A stretch of 64,000 nucleotides of DNA from Chthoniobacterales bacterium (GCA_038207335.1 JBBQZX010000002.1:1-64000), one strand, 5' to 3'; positions 17,315 to 27,666 are shown, numbered from the stretch's first letter. Notes: generated from the letters alone by a model not told the origin. Translations and numbers: made by a program.

Positions 17315-18336
17315 GTTCGCCGACGGAAGCGGTGGAACGCGGACTGACTTCTGCACTTTTTACCGTCACGGCGAACGGGCGGTTAGTGGCTGTTTATCGT
17401 GGGCCGAACGAGTGTGTGAACAATTGCTTTGCGTCGCTCTATTTCGGCGGCGAAGCGGTCCAGGTGGAGATCGTGCGGCAACGAAACCCCTGGGGCGGAA
17501 CGCGATGATTCGCCCATGCTCGTCTCTCAGTTGCATCAACACGAACTCGGCCCACCTGTGCAATCCATCGTGGCGCTAACCCGCCGGGCCGGCGCATTTC
17601 TGCACGTTTCTCAAAAGGCTCTGTCCCGTTCCAGAGAACCCAGCGAGCGATAGATCAAGAGCTGCCGCGCCCCAGCGCTGGCAGGCAAGGAAATCTATTT
17701 CGAGCGAGAATCCTCCACTTGGGTTGGGGGACCATCACTCCAATTCTATGAGGATTCGATTTTTGAACCTTCCACTTTTTGCAGGGCAATCTCACCCCCA
17801 TCGCGAGTAGCTCGTGCGCTCCAAAGCCTTATAAATGCAGGCTTTGCGGGCGATACGGCGCGAAACTCACTGCAAAATTGATCGAGTGGAAAAAGTGTAT
17901 TTTGGCCGATTTCACGTGAGTTTCGGCAGCCGCGTCGCACGCGGAGATCGGTGCGGTTTGCGATGACGTTCCGACCGCGAAAGTGAGGATTTCGGCCTGT
18001 GCCGATAAGCCGATGACGGGATACGCCGATGAGCTGTCGCTGTCCGCCGAAGTCACGATTTCCGACGATGTTTTCGGTGACTTTCTAGCCTGCGGGACAT
18101 CGGCATAAGCCGACGTGGTCATATCGGAATCAGCCGATATTGGGATGTGCTTCGGCGACTACGTGAAGCGCTTCCGCAGCTCATCGAGTTCGTCCTCGGA
18201 GAGCCCGATGAGCGTCGCGCGCCCGACGATGCCGAGCGCTGCGGCAAAGGCATCGGCAAGACTGAGTTTGTAGCCGGAAGAAAAACGCACCAGAGTCTCG
18301 GACCCGCTCACACCGCACTCCAAGCGCCGTGCGGGC

Positions 18337-18807
18337 CTACCTTAAAAAGCGTGCGAGATTATCCTCTTCCCAGGATTTCGCACGGCGGAACCAATGAAAT
18401 CTCCGCTCGCGATCGTAGAACTTTGCATGATGCACGATCCGCCGTCCCTGAGCATCGTATAGGTCCTTCACCACTGCGTGACACATCTCGTGATAGATCA
18501 CGTATTCCAAGAACCAGACCGGCACGAATGACCGGTCGAGGAGAGGATGGATGCGGATGATTTTGTCCTCTTCCTGGATCGAGCCGAAGACGATCTCGTC
18601 CTTTGGCCGACCTTTTCTCCGCCTGCCCCACACGATCGTGTAGCTCTTCAGCCGGTTGCGAAAATAGCGCGCGTTGAGCTTCGCGAAGATGATCCGCAGA
18701 TCGAAGTAGCGCCCCTTTTCGTGAAACACAAATTGCCGCTGCATCGGCAGTTTGAGTGTCGAAGTTTTTCGCTTCCGTGCGGGCACGACTCGAGAGATTC
18801 GCGGCAT
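18337..18807 (-). CDS. SprT-like/YgjP-like zinc metalloprotease domain protein
   Basis: LNARYF, IRIHPLLD, VIYHEMCH (HExxH), H..KF. Confidence 0.8.
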   Translation of the reverse strand: MPRISRVVPARKRKTSTLKLPMQRQFVFHEKGRYFDLRIIFAKLNARYFRNRLKSYTIVWGRRRKGRPKDEIVFGSIQEEDKIIRIHPLLDRSFVPVWFLEYVIYHEMCHAVVKDLYDAQGRRIVHHAKFYDRERRFHWFRRAKSWEEDNLARFLR

Positions 18808-18812
18808 GGGTT

Positions 18813-19889
18813 TCAGTCGCCTGTCGCTTTGGAAACAAGCGGTGAAGCAGGTTCGGCGGCTGCTGCGATCTCCGGGTGCGCCTCCTCGAGCCGCTTCACT
18901 CTCGCAAAAAGCTTCGGAAGTCGCCGCATGCAGACGTGCTGCTCTTTAGCGTCGCGGATCGGCACCGCAGGGGAGCCCCACACCACTTCGCCGGGTCCGA
19001 GGTTTTTGCTGACCCCGCTGCGAGCGGCGATCGTCACGCGGTCCCCGATTTCGATGTGACCCACCGCCGCCGTCTGCCCCGCCATCGTCACGTAATTCCC
19101 GAGCTTCGTGCTCCCCGAGATGGCCGCCTGCGCGACGATCACGCAGTGCTTGCCGATCACAACGTTATGAGCGATTTGCACGAGATTATCGATCTTTGTC
19201 CCCTCCCCGATCCAAGTCCTGCCAAAACGCGCACGGTCGATTGTCGTGTTCGCGCCGATTTCCACATCGCTGTCGATTTGCACGATGCCCGTCTGCGGAA
19301 TCTTCACGTGCCGCCCGTTTGAGAACTCGAACCCGAACCCATCGCTGCCGATGACTACTCCGCTGTGCAAGATCGCGCGGTCGCCGACCACGCAGCGCGC
19401 GCCGACGGTCACTCGCGCCGCCAAGTGGCAATCCGTCCCGACCCGCGCGCCGTGCCCCACGTAGCTCTGCGCGCCGATCACACTCCCGGCACCGATGACC
19501 GCGCCCTCTTCGACCACCGCGTTTGGCTGAATGCTCACGCCTTCACCTAGCACGACGTCGATCCCTACGACAGCCGTCGGATGCACCCCGGGAGCAAACT
19601 GAACCGGAGGCGATGCGAATTTTTCGAGTAAGCGCGCAAAGGCAAGCGATGGGTTTTCGACTCGGATCGCAATGGGCGAAATCTCCTCAGAAAAATCAAG
19701 AGGCACGAGCGCCGCAGTCGCCCGACATGCCTTTAGCCCGGCCAGATATTTCGTATTCCCAAAGAACGTCACATCTCCCTCGCCAGCTTCAGCAATCGCC
19801 GCGACACCGGTGACGGCGCGCAAACCATCCTCGCTGGAAGCAAACTGGCCGCCCAAGTGGGCGGCCAGTTCATAAACCGTAAACTGCAC
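18813..19889 (-). CDS. lpxD: UDP-3-O-(3-hydroxyacyl)glucosamine N-acyltransferase
   Basis: Hexapeptide repeats, GSDGFG, KIPQTG, GANTTIDR, KIDNLVQIAHN; skp-bamA synteny. Confidence 0.97.
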   Translation of the reverse strand: MQFTVYELAAHLGGQFASSEDGLRAVTGVAAIAEAGEGDVTFFGNTKYLAGLKACRATAALVPLDFSEEISPIAIRVENPSLAFARLLEKFASPPVQFAPGVHPTAVVGIDVVLGEGVSIQPNAVVEEGAVIGAGSVIGAQSYVGHGARVGTDCHLAARVTVGARCVVGDRAILHSGVVIGSDGFGFEFSNGRHVKIPQTGIVQIDSDVEIGANTTIDRARFGRTWIGEGTKIDNLVQIAHNVVIGKHCVIVAQAAISGSTKLGNYVTMAGQTAAVGHIEIGDRVTIAARSGVSKNLGPGEVVWGSPAVPIRDAKEQHVCMRRLPKLFARVKRLEEAHPEIAAAAEPASPLVSKATGD

Positions 19890-19902
19890 GGAGGAAGCGG
19901 GT

Positions 19903-20541
19903 TTACTTCTTCTTCGCGGGCGCTTTCTCAGGAGCCGCAGCTTCCTTCGCAGGTGCCGCGTCTTCCTTGCCCTTGTTCTTGTTCAACGCCGTGATCACGT
20001 CGTTGGTGAATTCGTACTCATCTTTCGAGTAAAGCACGACCGGCACGCCATTGAGGCTCGGTCCCGACTTGTCGAAGACCATCTGGTAGTTCTCCGCCTT
20101 CACCTTGTCAGTGACGACCTTGTTGATCTCATCGACGATGCCACCGCGCATCCGCACGCTCTGATCCTGAAGCTGCTTCTCGCGCGTCGCGCGGAATTCG
20201 TTGATTTCGCGCTCCATGTTCTTCAGCTCGGAAACCTTCTCGTCACGCGACTTCGACTTCTGGTCTTTCGCCTCCTTGCTCAACTCGGGCTTGTCGATCT
20301 CTTCGTTGAGCTTCTTCACGTCCGCGACGCCCTTGTTGTAAACGTCCATCCGGTCATCAAGTTCTTTCTTCGCGGAGTTCCGCGCCTCATTGATGCGGGA
20401 TTCCGCGTCCTTGGTTTTGTAGTAGCTCTCGAAGACCTTCTTCATGTCCACAGTGCCGACTTTCAAAGTCTGCGCAGTAGCGGAGGAAATTCCGAGCCCG
20501 AGAGTCGCGGCGATGAGTGGGAGGAGGATGTATTTTTTCAT
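19903..20541 (-). CDS. skp: OmpH/Skp periplasmic chaperone
   Basis: Signal peptide, KVGTVDMKKVF, long coiled coil, VFDKSG; between bamA and lpxD. Confidence 0.93.
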   Translation of the reverse strand: MKKYILLPLIAATLGLGISSATAQTLKVGTVDMKKVFESYYKTKDAESRINEARNSAKKELDDRMDVYNKGVADVKKLNEEIDKPELSKEAKDQKSKSRDEKVSELKNMEREINEFRATREKQLQDQSVRMRGGIVDEINKVVTDKVKAENYQMVFDKSGPSLNGVPVVLYSKDEYEFTNDVITALNKNKGKEDAAPAKEAAAPEKAPAKKK

Positions 20542-20602
20542 GTCAGGAATGGTGATGGGTTGCAAATTCGAGTGGCGTCAGACCACGAGGCCATCGGATT
20601 GT

Positions 20603-22906
20603 TCAAAATTGATAGCCGATGTTGAAATTGAATTTGCCGCTGGAATCGTTGTAGCGATCCGATGTGATCGGGATGCCGTAGTCGATGCGGATCGGGCCGA
20701 TCGGCAGGTCGAGGCGAACGCCGATGCCTGCGTCGCTGTTGATATTCCCGCCGAAGCTGTAACTCCCAGAGCTCACGCCGCCGACATCGTAGAACACTGC
20801 GCCGCGCACTTTCTCCACGATCGGAAAGGTATATTCCACGGTCGCGCGGATCAGGCTCTTGCCCCCGATCGGCTCGCCGTGCTCGTCCTTGGGACCGACA
20901 TCGCGGAAGTTAAAACCGCGAAGGTTATTGGCCCCGCCGAGATAGAGCCGGTCGAAGATTGGCACTCCGTCGCCCCCCGCCCATGTGGAGACGCTGGCCA
21001 CCTCCGCGTTCAGCGTCAGAATCGTGTCCCACGGGAGGTGAAAGTATTTCGCCCCTTCGAGGTCGAAGCCGTAAATGTCGGTGTTGCCGCCGAGCGGGCC
21101 GCCGGCGACATAGACCTGCAAGTCCACGCGCTCACCTTTGCGAGTGAGGAAAACGGAGTCGCGTGTGTCGTAAGTGATGCCCGCGGAGATTTGGCTTTTC
21201 AGGTGGTTTCCTTCCTCGCTCTTGATTGTCTGTGACGCATCGTTATCAACATTGTGAATGTCGATTTCCTCGAGCCGATATCCGAAGCGGACAAACGTGA
21301 ATTCGTTCAACGCCTTGCGAGAATTCAGGTCGAAGCCGTAGCGGCGCTCGTCATAGACCGAGCTGACGAACGATGCGTCGCGGTAGAACAGCTCGCCGCC
21401 GAGCGAGATCTTGTAGTCGAGAAAATAAGGCTCCGTGAGCGACACGATGAAATCCTTTCGACTCGTTCCGTATTGCGCGCGGACGCGGAATTTTTGGCCA
21501 CCTCCGGTGAAGTGCGGCCAGTTGGTCACGTCAAAATTGCTCTGCGTGATTTCCGCGAAGCCAAGCAAGTTGTCGATCGAACTGAAGCCCGCGCCGAAGT
21601 TGAGCGATCCCGTACGCTTCTCTTCCACCACGACGTTGAGATCTTTCCGCCCCGGAACCAGCGTGTCCGCAGGATAGCTATCAACCTTTGAAAAGTAGTT
21701 CAGGTTCTGGAGCCGCTGCTTGCTAGCATCGACTCGGACGGTGTTGAAAACATCGCCCGGCGCAACCGCGATTTCGCGACGAATGACTTTATCCTTCGTT
21801 CGCACGTTGCCGGAGATATTGATGTGCTCGAGGTAGCTCTGCACACCCTCGTCGATGCGGTATGATACATTGATGGTACCATTCCCCGCGGGCGTCGGAT
21901 CGGCTGCGGCCTGGAACTCGAGATACCCGCGCGAGCCGTAGAGATCCTGCATCGCGCGCACGTCGGAGCGTACACCCTGCGGCGAATAGATCTCGCCGGA
22001 TTTGATTTTCAGCCCGCGCGTAAGCTCCTCTTGGCTAAAGACCTGCACACCACTGTAATTCACATTTCCGACATGATACTGCCCGCCCTCGCGGATGCTG
22101 AAAAGCACGTCAGCGTATTCGCCATTTCGCGTGATGGAAGGCGCGGCGACTTCGGCGTCGATGTATCCGCGGCTTTGATACAATTCGCGGATCGCAGTGG
22201 CATCCTGGTCGAGCCCCTCGTTGTTGAAGCGCCCGGTCTTGGTGAAGAAGCTGAGAATGTTCTTCGGTTTGGTCTTCACCACTTTCTTGAGTTCTGAATC
22301 CTTGATGACCGAGTTGCCTTCGAACTTCACCGAGCGCAGCGTTACCTTTCCTCCCTCGTTCACATTGAAAATCACACGGCTGGTGCCGAGCTTTTCGTTC
22401 ATCTCCACGTTGTAACGCACATCGACTTCGGTGAAGCCCTTCCCCGCATAGTAGTCGATGATCTTTTGGCGATCGGCCTCCAAGTTCGCCTCGTTCAGAG
22501 TGTCGCCGGGCTTCACGCTGATTTCTTTCCGAATGCGGCTCGGCTTCACTTTACTGACGCCATTCAGAATGACTTCGGTGACCTGCGCCTTGGCCTGCAC
22601 GACGACGATGACTTTCACCCCTTCTGCCTCGGGCTCCCCAAATATTCGGACGTTAGTGATGTTCCCAGTCGCGTAAAGATTGCGGATGTCATCCTCGACG
22701 GTCCGCTCGTCGTAGGGTTTCCCAACGCGCGTCTGCATGTTCGCGAGGATCTTCTCCCTTGCGATCGTACCGCCGCCGGCGTACTGCACCTGGATCGAGC
22801 GAACGATCGGTGCCGCGGGCTGCTGTGCGGATGCCGATAAGGTGCCGATCCACGCGGTGAGAAGCACTGCGAGGAAGGTCTGGATGAGCCTGGAATTCAT
22901 GAGCAT
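20603..22906 (-). CDS. bamA: Outer membrane protein assembly factor BamA
   Basis: POTRA repeats, GNVRTKDKVIRRE, GGANNLRGF, GPIRIDYG, terminal YQF. Confidence 0.97.
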   Translation of the reverse strand: MLMNSRLIQTFLAVLLTAWIGTLSASAQQPAAPIVRSIQVQYAGGGTIAREKILANMQTRVGKPYDERTVEDDIRNLYATGNITNVRIFGEPEAEGVKVIVVVQAKAQVTEVILNGVSKVKPSRIRKEISVKPGDTLNEANLEADRQKIIDYYAGKGFTEVDVRYNVEMNEKLGTSRVIFNVNEGGKVTLRSVKFEGNSVIKDSELKKVVKTKPKNILSFFTKTGRFNNEGLDQDATAIRELYQSRGYIDAEVAAPSITRNGEYADVLFSIREGGQYHVGNVNYSGVQVFSQEELTRGLKIKSGEIYSPQGVRSDVRAMQDLYGSRGYLEFQAAADPTPAGNGTINVSYRIDEGVQSYLEHINISGNVRTKDKVIRREIAVAPGDVFNTVRVDASKQRLQNLNYFSKVDSYPADTLVPGRKDLNVVVEEKRTGSLNFGAGFSSIDNLLGFAEITQSNFDVTNWPHFTGGGQKFRVRAQYGTSRKDFIVSLTEPYFLDYKISLGGELFYRDASFVSSVYDERRYGFDLNSRKALNEFTFVRFGYRLEEIDIHNVDNDASQTIKSEEGNHLKSQISAGITYDTRDSVFLTRKGERVDLQVYVAGGPLGGNTDIYGFDLEGAKYFHLPWDTILTLNAEVASVSTWAGGDGVPIFDRLYLGGANNLRGFNFRDVGPKDEHGEPIGGKSLIRATVEYTFPIVEKVRGAVFYDVGGVSSGSYSFGGNINSDAGIGVRLDLPIGPIRIDYGIPITSDRYNDSSGKFNFNIGYQF

Positions 22907-22956
22907 GTGTGCGGATAGATTCCTCCCCGAAGCATCCCGGGGCGGAAAAGGCGCGG

Positions 22957-22985
22957 ATTAGAGGGACGCGGCCCCGGCGCGTCAA
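22957..22985 (-). promoter_or_regulatory. sigma70-like promoter of bamA-skp-lpxD
   Basis: Minus strand TTGACG-N17-TCTAAT, about 50 nt upstream of bamA. Confidence 0.55.
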
Positions 22986-23013
22986 GCAGGGTTTTCTACC
23001 GCGAACTCGAGCC

Positions 23014-24126
23014 TCACGCAGGGAGCATCTTTCGATGAACCCAGACGCTATTCACCAGCCCGAGACCAAACATGATCATCCAGATGAAGGTGCCGCCATA
23101 GCTGATGAGAGGAAGCGGTAGTCCCGTAATCGGCATGAGTGCGATCGTCATGCCGACATTTTGATAGACGTGAAAAAAAATCTGCGCGGTGAACCCGATC
23201 GTTATCAGCAAGCCAAACTCATCCGCCGCGCTATAAGCCGTGACGAGGCAGGTGAGCAGCAGCACACCAAACGCGCCCAGCAGCACCACTCCGCCGACGA
23301 ACCCCCACTGCTCCCCGATCGCCGAGAAGATGTAATCCGTATGCACGGTGGTGCCGGGAAGAAAGCCCTGCTCGACCTGAGTGTTCGGCGCTTTGAACCC
23401 TTTGCCTGAAAAGCCTCCCGAGCCAATCGCGATGAGCGATTGATTGATCGCCCAGCCGGCACCTTTGGGGTCGATATCCGGGTCCATGAAAGTCACGAGC
23501 CGTTGACGCTGGTACGGCTTCAACACGAAATTCATCGCGATCGGCAGCGCGGCGATCCCGATGAGCAGGATCGCGATGAGGTAACGCTTTGGGATGCCGC
23601 CAAGAAAAAGCATTGCGAGGACCGCGGGAATCCAGACGAGAGTCATGCCAAAATCAGGCTGCTTCAAGATCATCGCCATCGGTCCTCCGACGATCGCGCC
23701 GACGAGACAGAGCTTGATAAATGGGTGCAGCTTACGGAATTGGCTCAGAAAAAGCGCGACGACGATGATTCCCGCGATGAGGCAAAGCTGCGACGGCTGA
23801 AACGTGCCGATGCCCGGCAGCCTCAGCCAGCATTTCGCACCGCCGTGCTCCTCCCCAAGATGAGTGTAAGTCAACCCGACGAAGACGATGCTCACAAGAT
23901 ACAGAGGCAGCGCGATCCATTTGATCCAGCGATAGTCGATGAGGCTCGTGACGAAAAAGACAACCGTGCCGGTAGCCACCCAGATCATCTGTTTCTCCCA
24001 ATACTTCTCGTCGGGCTTGAAAAACGTGGCGCTGTAAACGGCGATGACGCCGAAGACCGCTAGCGCCATCATGGCTGCGAAAAGCAGCCAGTTCATGCCG
24101 ATCAATTTGCGGAGAAAGGGAGTCAC
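23014..24126 (-). CDS. rodA: SEDS family rod shape-determining protein
   Basis: FQPSQ, KQPDFG, QSLIAIGSGG..GKG, HTDYIFS..GEQWG, PITGLPLPLISYGG. Confidence 0.9.
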   Translation of the reverse strand: MTPFLRKLIGMNWLLFAAMMALAVFGVIAVYSATFFKPDEKYWEKQMIWVATGTVVFFVTSLIDYRWIKWIALPLYLVSIVFVGLTYTHLGEEHGGAKCWLRLPGIGTFQPSQLCLIAGIIVVALFLSQFRKLHPFIKLCLVGAIVGGPMAMILKQPDFGMTLVWIPAVLAMLFLGGIPKRYLIAILLIGIAALPIAMNFVLKPYQRQRLVTFMDPDIDPKGAGWAINQSLIAIGSGGFSGKGFKAPNTQVEQGFLPGTTVHTDYIFSAIGEQWGFVGGVVLLGAFGVLLLTCLVTAYSAADEFGLLITIGFTAQIFFHVYQNVGMTIALMPITGLPLPLISYGGTFIWMIMFGLGLVNSVWVHRKMLPA

Positions 24127-24200
24127 GAAATTTGGGATTTAGGATTTAGCGTTTGCACGTTGCCGAATCGACTTGGCAGTTCGCCGCTTCCCGCGCTTCT

Positions 24201-24989
24201 TCACGCGAATGCAGGCACGGCGGCGAGGAGCTTTTTGGTGTACTCGTGCTGCGGGTTTTCGTAGATTTCAGTGGCGGAGGCGGACTCGACGATTTTCCCG
24301 CGATACATCACCAGCACGTGATCCGAGACGTGCTCGACCACCGCGAGATCGTGCGCGATGAAGAGGAAGGTCAGCCCGAGTTCCTCCTGCAAATCCTGCA
24401 ACAGATTCACGATTTGCGCCTGGACGCTCACATCGAGCGCGCTCACCGGTTCGTCGCATACTATAAACTTCGGCTTCACCGCCAGCGCCCGCGCGATGCC
24501 GATCCGCTGCCGCTGGCCGCCGCTGAATTCATGCGGATACCGATGCCGCATCTCCGGCTGAAGCCCGACTTGCCGTAGCAGTTCCGCCACGCGATCCGCG
24601 CGCTCGCTGCGGCTCATTTTTGGAAAGTGTATCTCCAGTGCCTCGCCGACGATTTGATCGATCGGGTGCCGCGGATTCAGCGACCCAAATGGATCCTGAA
24701 AAATCATCTGCATCTCGCGCCGCAGCGGCCGGAATTCCCCCTCGCGCATCGGCAAAATATCGCGCCCCTCGAACAACACTTGCCCGCTCGTCGGAGGCAC
24801 AAGTTTCAGCAGCGTCTTGCCGATCGTCGATTTCCCGCTGCCACTCTCCCCGACGAGCCCCACAGTGGTCCCGGCCTCGACTTGAAAAGAGACGTCATCC
24901 ACCGCCTTCACATCGTCCGTGTGCCGGCGCATAAGCCCGGTGCGGACAGGGAACCAAGTGCGGAGATTGCGGACTTCGAGGAGCGGCAT
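24201..24989 (-). CDS. Oligopeptide/dipeptide ABC transporter ATP-binding subunit (OppF/DppF-like)
   Basis: [42 protein letters not shown]. Confidence 0.93.
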   Translation of the reverse strand: MPLLEVRNLRTWFPVRTGLMRRHTDDVKAVDDVSFQVEAGTTVGLVGESGSGKSTIGKTLLKLVPPTSGQVLFEGRDILPMREGEFRPLRREMQMIFQDPFGSLNPRHPIDQIVGEALEIHFPKMSRSERADRVAELLRQVGLQPEMRHRYPHEFSGGQRQRIGIARALAVKPKFIVCDEPVSALDVSVQAQIVNLLQDLQEELGLTFLFIAHDLAVVEHVSDHVLVMYRGKIVESASATEIYENPQHEYTKKLLAAVPAFA

Positions 24990-25074
24990 GAAATGAAATG
25001 CGAGCGGCCCTCATACTCCGAGCATCCCGGGCTCGCGAATCAAATTCGTGCGCAGCCAGTATCAACCAGCCCGC

Positions 25075-25584
25075 CTACAGCCTCACTCGTCCGTGCTGCT
25101 CGCCCTCTTCCAGCTCCGGCGTCGTGCCCGCCGCGTAGGCTTTCACCGTTTTGAAGAGGTATTTGATCTTGTTGAAGCCTTCGTTATCCCAAAATTCCCC
25201 TTCCTCCGGCTGCACTGCGATCAGTTCGATGTCCGGGTCCTCTTTTCCATTTGGGAACCAGACGCGATACGGCTCCTGCCACAGCTCCGCGATTTTCGCC
25301 CGATCGCGGATAAGCTCCGCATTTCCACTGATTGAGAGATACGCGCTGCGATCATTTTGGCAGACTAGGTGCACACGTGTGTCGGACTCGATCTCGTGCG
25401 CCTTCGAAGTCGCGCCGCTCGTGAAGAACCATACCCGGCAATCTTCCTCCACTTGCGCCACTGCCATCGGTCGCGCCCGCAGCCTGCCGCCGCCGGTGTG
25501 CGTCACGAGCATCGCCGTGTGGAATTGCTTCAGGAGTTTGTGAAAATGCTCGCGCTGGTCGGTCGTGGAGATGGGTTCGCTCAT
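25075..25584 (-). CDS. General stress protein 26 / pyridoxamine-5'-phosphate oxidase-like FMN-binding protein
   Basis: AMLVT...RARPM, VWFFT, YLSISG.A, WFPNGKEDP, EFWD; ATG overlaps the topoisomerase stop. Confidence 0.88.
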   Translation of the reverse strand: MSEPISTTDQREHFHKLLKQFHTAMLVTHTGGGRLRARPMAVAQVEEDCRVWFFTSGATSKAHEIESDTRVHLVCQNDRSAYLSISGNAELIRDRAKIAELWQEPYRVWFPNGKEDPDIELIAVQPEEGEFWDNEGFNKIKYLFKTVKAYAAGTTPELEEGEQHGRVRL

Positions 25585-26726
25585 GCCTTTGAATCGCCGC
25601 ACGCGCGCCGCCCGGACGGCTTCCGGGGCTTCACGAATTCGCTCGCCTTCCGTCCGCCACCTTCCTCGCCCAATCGCTCGCGGAGCATCATCAGCACCGC
25701 GGCTTCCTCCGGCTTGAGTTGCGCCAGCGAGCGCTCGACCTGACGCCCGGCGGCGGCATGCATCGTGGCGATCGTCTGCTTTTGAAAATAGCAATCCAGT
25801 ACCGCCGGATGCACGTAGCATTTGCGGCACACCGCGGGCGTGTTCCCGAGCGTCTTCGCGACGGCCTCCACCGCGCGTGTAATGTTCCGCTTCGCCTCAC
25901 GCGTCGTGGCAAATTCCTCGAACTCCCGCAACGCAATCGCAGCCAGGACGGTCCCAGCCCATGTGCGAAAATCTTTCGCCGAAAATTCCTCACCCGAAAT
26001 CTCGCGCAGATAGGAATTCACGTCGTCGGAAGTCACGTCGCGCGCCTTTCCCTCCGCATCAAGGTAGGTGAAAATCTCCTGCCCCGGAAGCTCCTGGCAC
26101 CGCTTCACGATCGCCGCCAGCTTCGCATCCCGGAGGTCGATCTCGTGCTTTTTGCCGCTCTTCCCGACAAAGGAAAAGTGCACCTTGCCGCCACGCACTC
26201 GAGCGTGGCGGTTCCGGATTGTCGTCAGCCCGTAGCTCCCATTCGCCTCGGCATACTCTTCGTTTCCAACCCGGATCAGAGTCGTCTCCAGCAGCCGAAC
26301 CACTGCCGCGAGCACCTTCTCCCGCGGCATTCCGCGACGCCGCAAATCCCTCGCAACATGCTTTCGGAGCCGCGGCAGCGACCGCGCGAATTTCATCATC
26401 CGACTGTATTTCGAAACGTCCCGCACCTCCCGCCAGCGCGCATGGTATCGGTATTGTTTTCGTCCCCGCGCATCACGCCCCACCGCTTGGATGTGCCCGT
26501 TTTCCCTCGCGCAAATCCAAACGTGCGTCCACGCGGGCGGGATTCCGAGCGCCTTGATCCGCCGAAGGGTTTCCTCTTCGCGGAGAATGCCCCCTTTCAC
26601 ATTGCGATACCGAAACGAGCCGCGCCAAGCCTCTCGCGTAAGACCCGGCTCGGCATCGTTAACGTAGCGCAGCCCCGCCGCCACGGCTGCGTCGGACATA
26701 AGCGGCGCATGCTGGCCACCAGACAT
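25581..26726 (-). CDS. Bacterial DNA topoisomerase IB
   Basis: IPPAW, GRDARGRKQYRYH, IRVGNEEY, FVGKSGK, KDFRTWAGT, LGNTPAVCRKCY (catalytic Tyr). Confidence 0.95.
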   Translation of the reverse strand: MSGGQHAPLMSDAAVAAGLRYVNDAEPGLTREAWRGSFRYRNVKGGILREEETLRRIKALGIPPAWTHVWICARENGHIQAVGRDARGRKQYRYHARWREVRDVSKYSRMMKFARSLPRLRKHVARDLRRRGMPREKVLAAVVRLLETTLIRVGNEEYAEANGSYGLTTIRNRHARVRGGKVHFSFVGKSGKKHEIDLRDAKLAAIVKRCQELPGQEIFTYLDAEGKARDVTSDDVNSYLREISGEEFSAKDFRTWAGTVLAAIALREFEEFATTREAKRNITRAVEAVAKTLGNTPAVCRKCYVHPAVLDCYFQKQTIATMHAAAGRQVERSLAQLKPEEAAVLMMLRERLGEEGGGRKASEFVKPRKPSGRRACGDSKA

Positions 26727-26742
26727 TCGCCAGAAAACAATA

Positions 26743-27303
26743 CTACTTTGCCGCGTCCGTTCCTTGCGCCCGCCGCTTCGCCTCTTCCTTGGAAATCTCG
26801 GCCGCTTTCTCGTTGACCGCAGACGTCCCTGTCGTGGGAACCGGAGTGATCGTCGCGGCGTTCGTCACGGGCGTAGTTACCGTGGTTGTCGTCGTAGTTG
26901 CGGCTCTTGGGATGATATTACTTGCTGGCGAAGTTGCGCCACTGCCGGCTCCGCCCTTTTCAAGGTCGATGATCGTCCCGTCGAAAGTCACCAACTGCGT
27001 TTGCCGAAGCGGAAATTTCGTCCCCTCGGCCGTGGTCACCGTTCCATCCATGCCGACAACTAACCCGTTGGGCAACTTCGTTACTTTTGTCATCTTTTCG
27101 ATCACCCCGTTGCGGGTTATGAGCACATCCGAGCCGGACAGGGTGATGCCATCACGAGCGCCAAGTCCGACAGCACCCGTGTCTGGCACCGCAGGTGCCA
27201 ACGGCTTAACAGGAATGGCAGGCACCGTGATCTGAGCCACGGCGGAGCCAGCAAGAAGACCGGCGATGAAGATGCCGGAGACAGAAGTATAGAGGGTATT
27301 CAT
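26743..27303 (-). CDS. Secreted protein with DUF6799-like domain and Thr-rich tail
   Basis: Signal peptide; DGITL...L.NG..V..DGTV....G....L..Q....DG pattern. Confidence 0.6.
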   Translation of the reverse strand: MNTLYTSVSGIFIAGLLAGSAVAQITVPAIPVKPLAPAVPDTGAVGLGARDGITLSGSDVLITRNGVIEKMTKVTKLPNGLVVGMDGTVTTAEGTKFPLRQTQLVTFDGTIIDLEKGGAGSGATSPASNIIPRAATTTTTTVTTPVTNAATITPVPTTGTSAVNEKAAEISKEEAKRRAQGTDAAK

Positions 27304-27366
27304 ATGATCAGTATCGGCGACCCTGCGGCCGGTGGCCTGCGCGCAGGTGCTCGCCGGCTTTTTGGC

Positions 27367-27666
27367 TTACAGAACCACTCGCACATCGGTGTGCCGCGAG
27401 GCGGGAGCGTTGTGGTAGCCGTTGCTGTGGTAGCCGTTGCTGCGGTAGTATTGGCCATCCCGGTAGTCGTAGCCCTCGCGATAGTGCGAGTCACGGTAGC
27501 CAGGGCGCGTCTCGTAGTAGGTCGTTGAGTGGTGGTCGGAGTATCCGGGCCGCCCGTAGTAACCGGAGTGACCATTGGTCGTGTGTTGTACCGCCACATC
27601 TTCGACGCAGCCCGTCACCGCGAGCATCGAACCCGCAGCAATCATCAGGAGTATCAGCTTTTTCAT
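27367..27666 (-). CDS. Small Tyr/Gly/His-rich lipoprotein
   Basis: Lipobox AVTGC after MKKLILL hydrophobic stretch. Confidence 0.75.
   Translation of the reverse strand: MKKLILLMIAAGSMLAVTGCVEDVAVQHTTNGHSGYYGRPGYSDHHSTTYYETRPGYRDSHYREGYDYRDGQYYRSNGYHSNGYHNAPASRHTDVRVVL

Noticed and set aside
14858..17356. Long antisense ORFs (also 13029-14441, 53490-55379, 57816-59312, 59835-61559)
   Set aside because: Shadow ORFs of GC-rich genes; the opposite strand carries the recognisable motifs.
17315..18336. tRNA, CRISPR array, dif site or real CDS in the 1-kb gap
   Set aside because: No cloverleaf, no regularly spaced repeats, no XerC/D consensus, and the ORFs lack recognisable motifs.
27411..27441. 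Short tandem repeat CGTTGCTGTGGTAGC
   Set aside because: Coding repeat (SNGYH x2) in the small lipoprotein.
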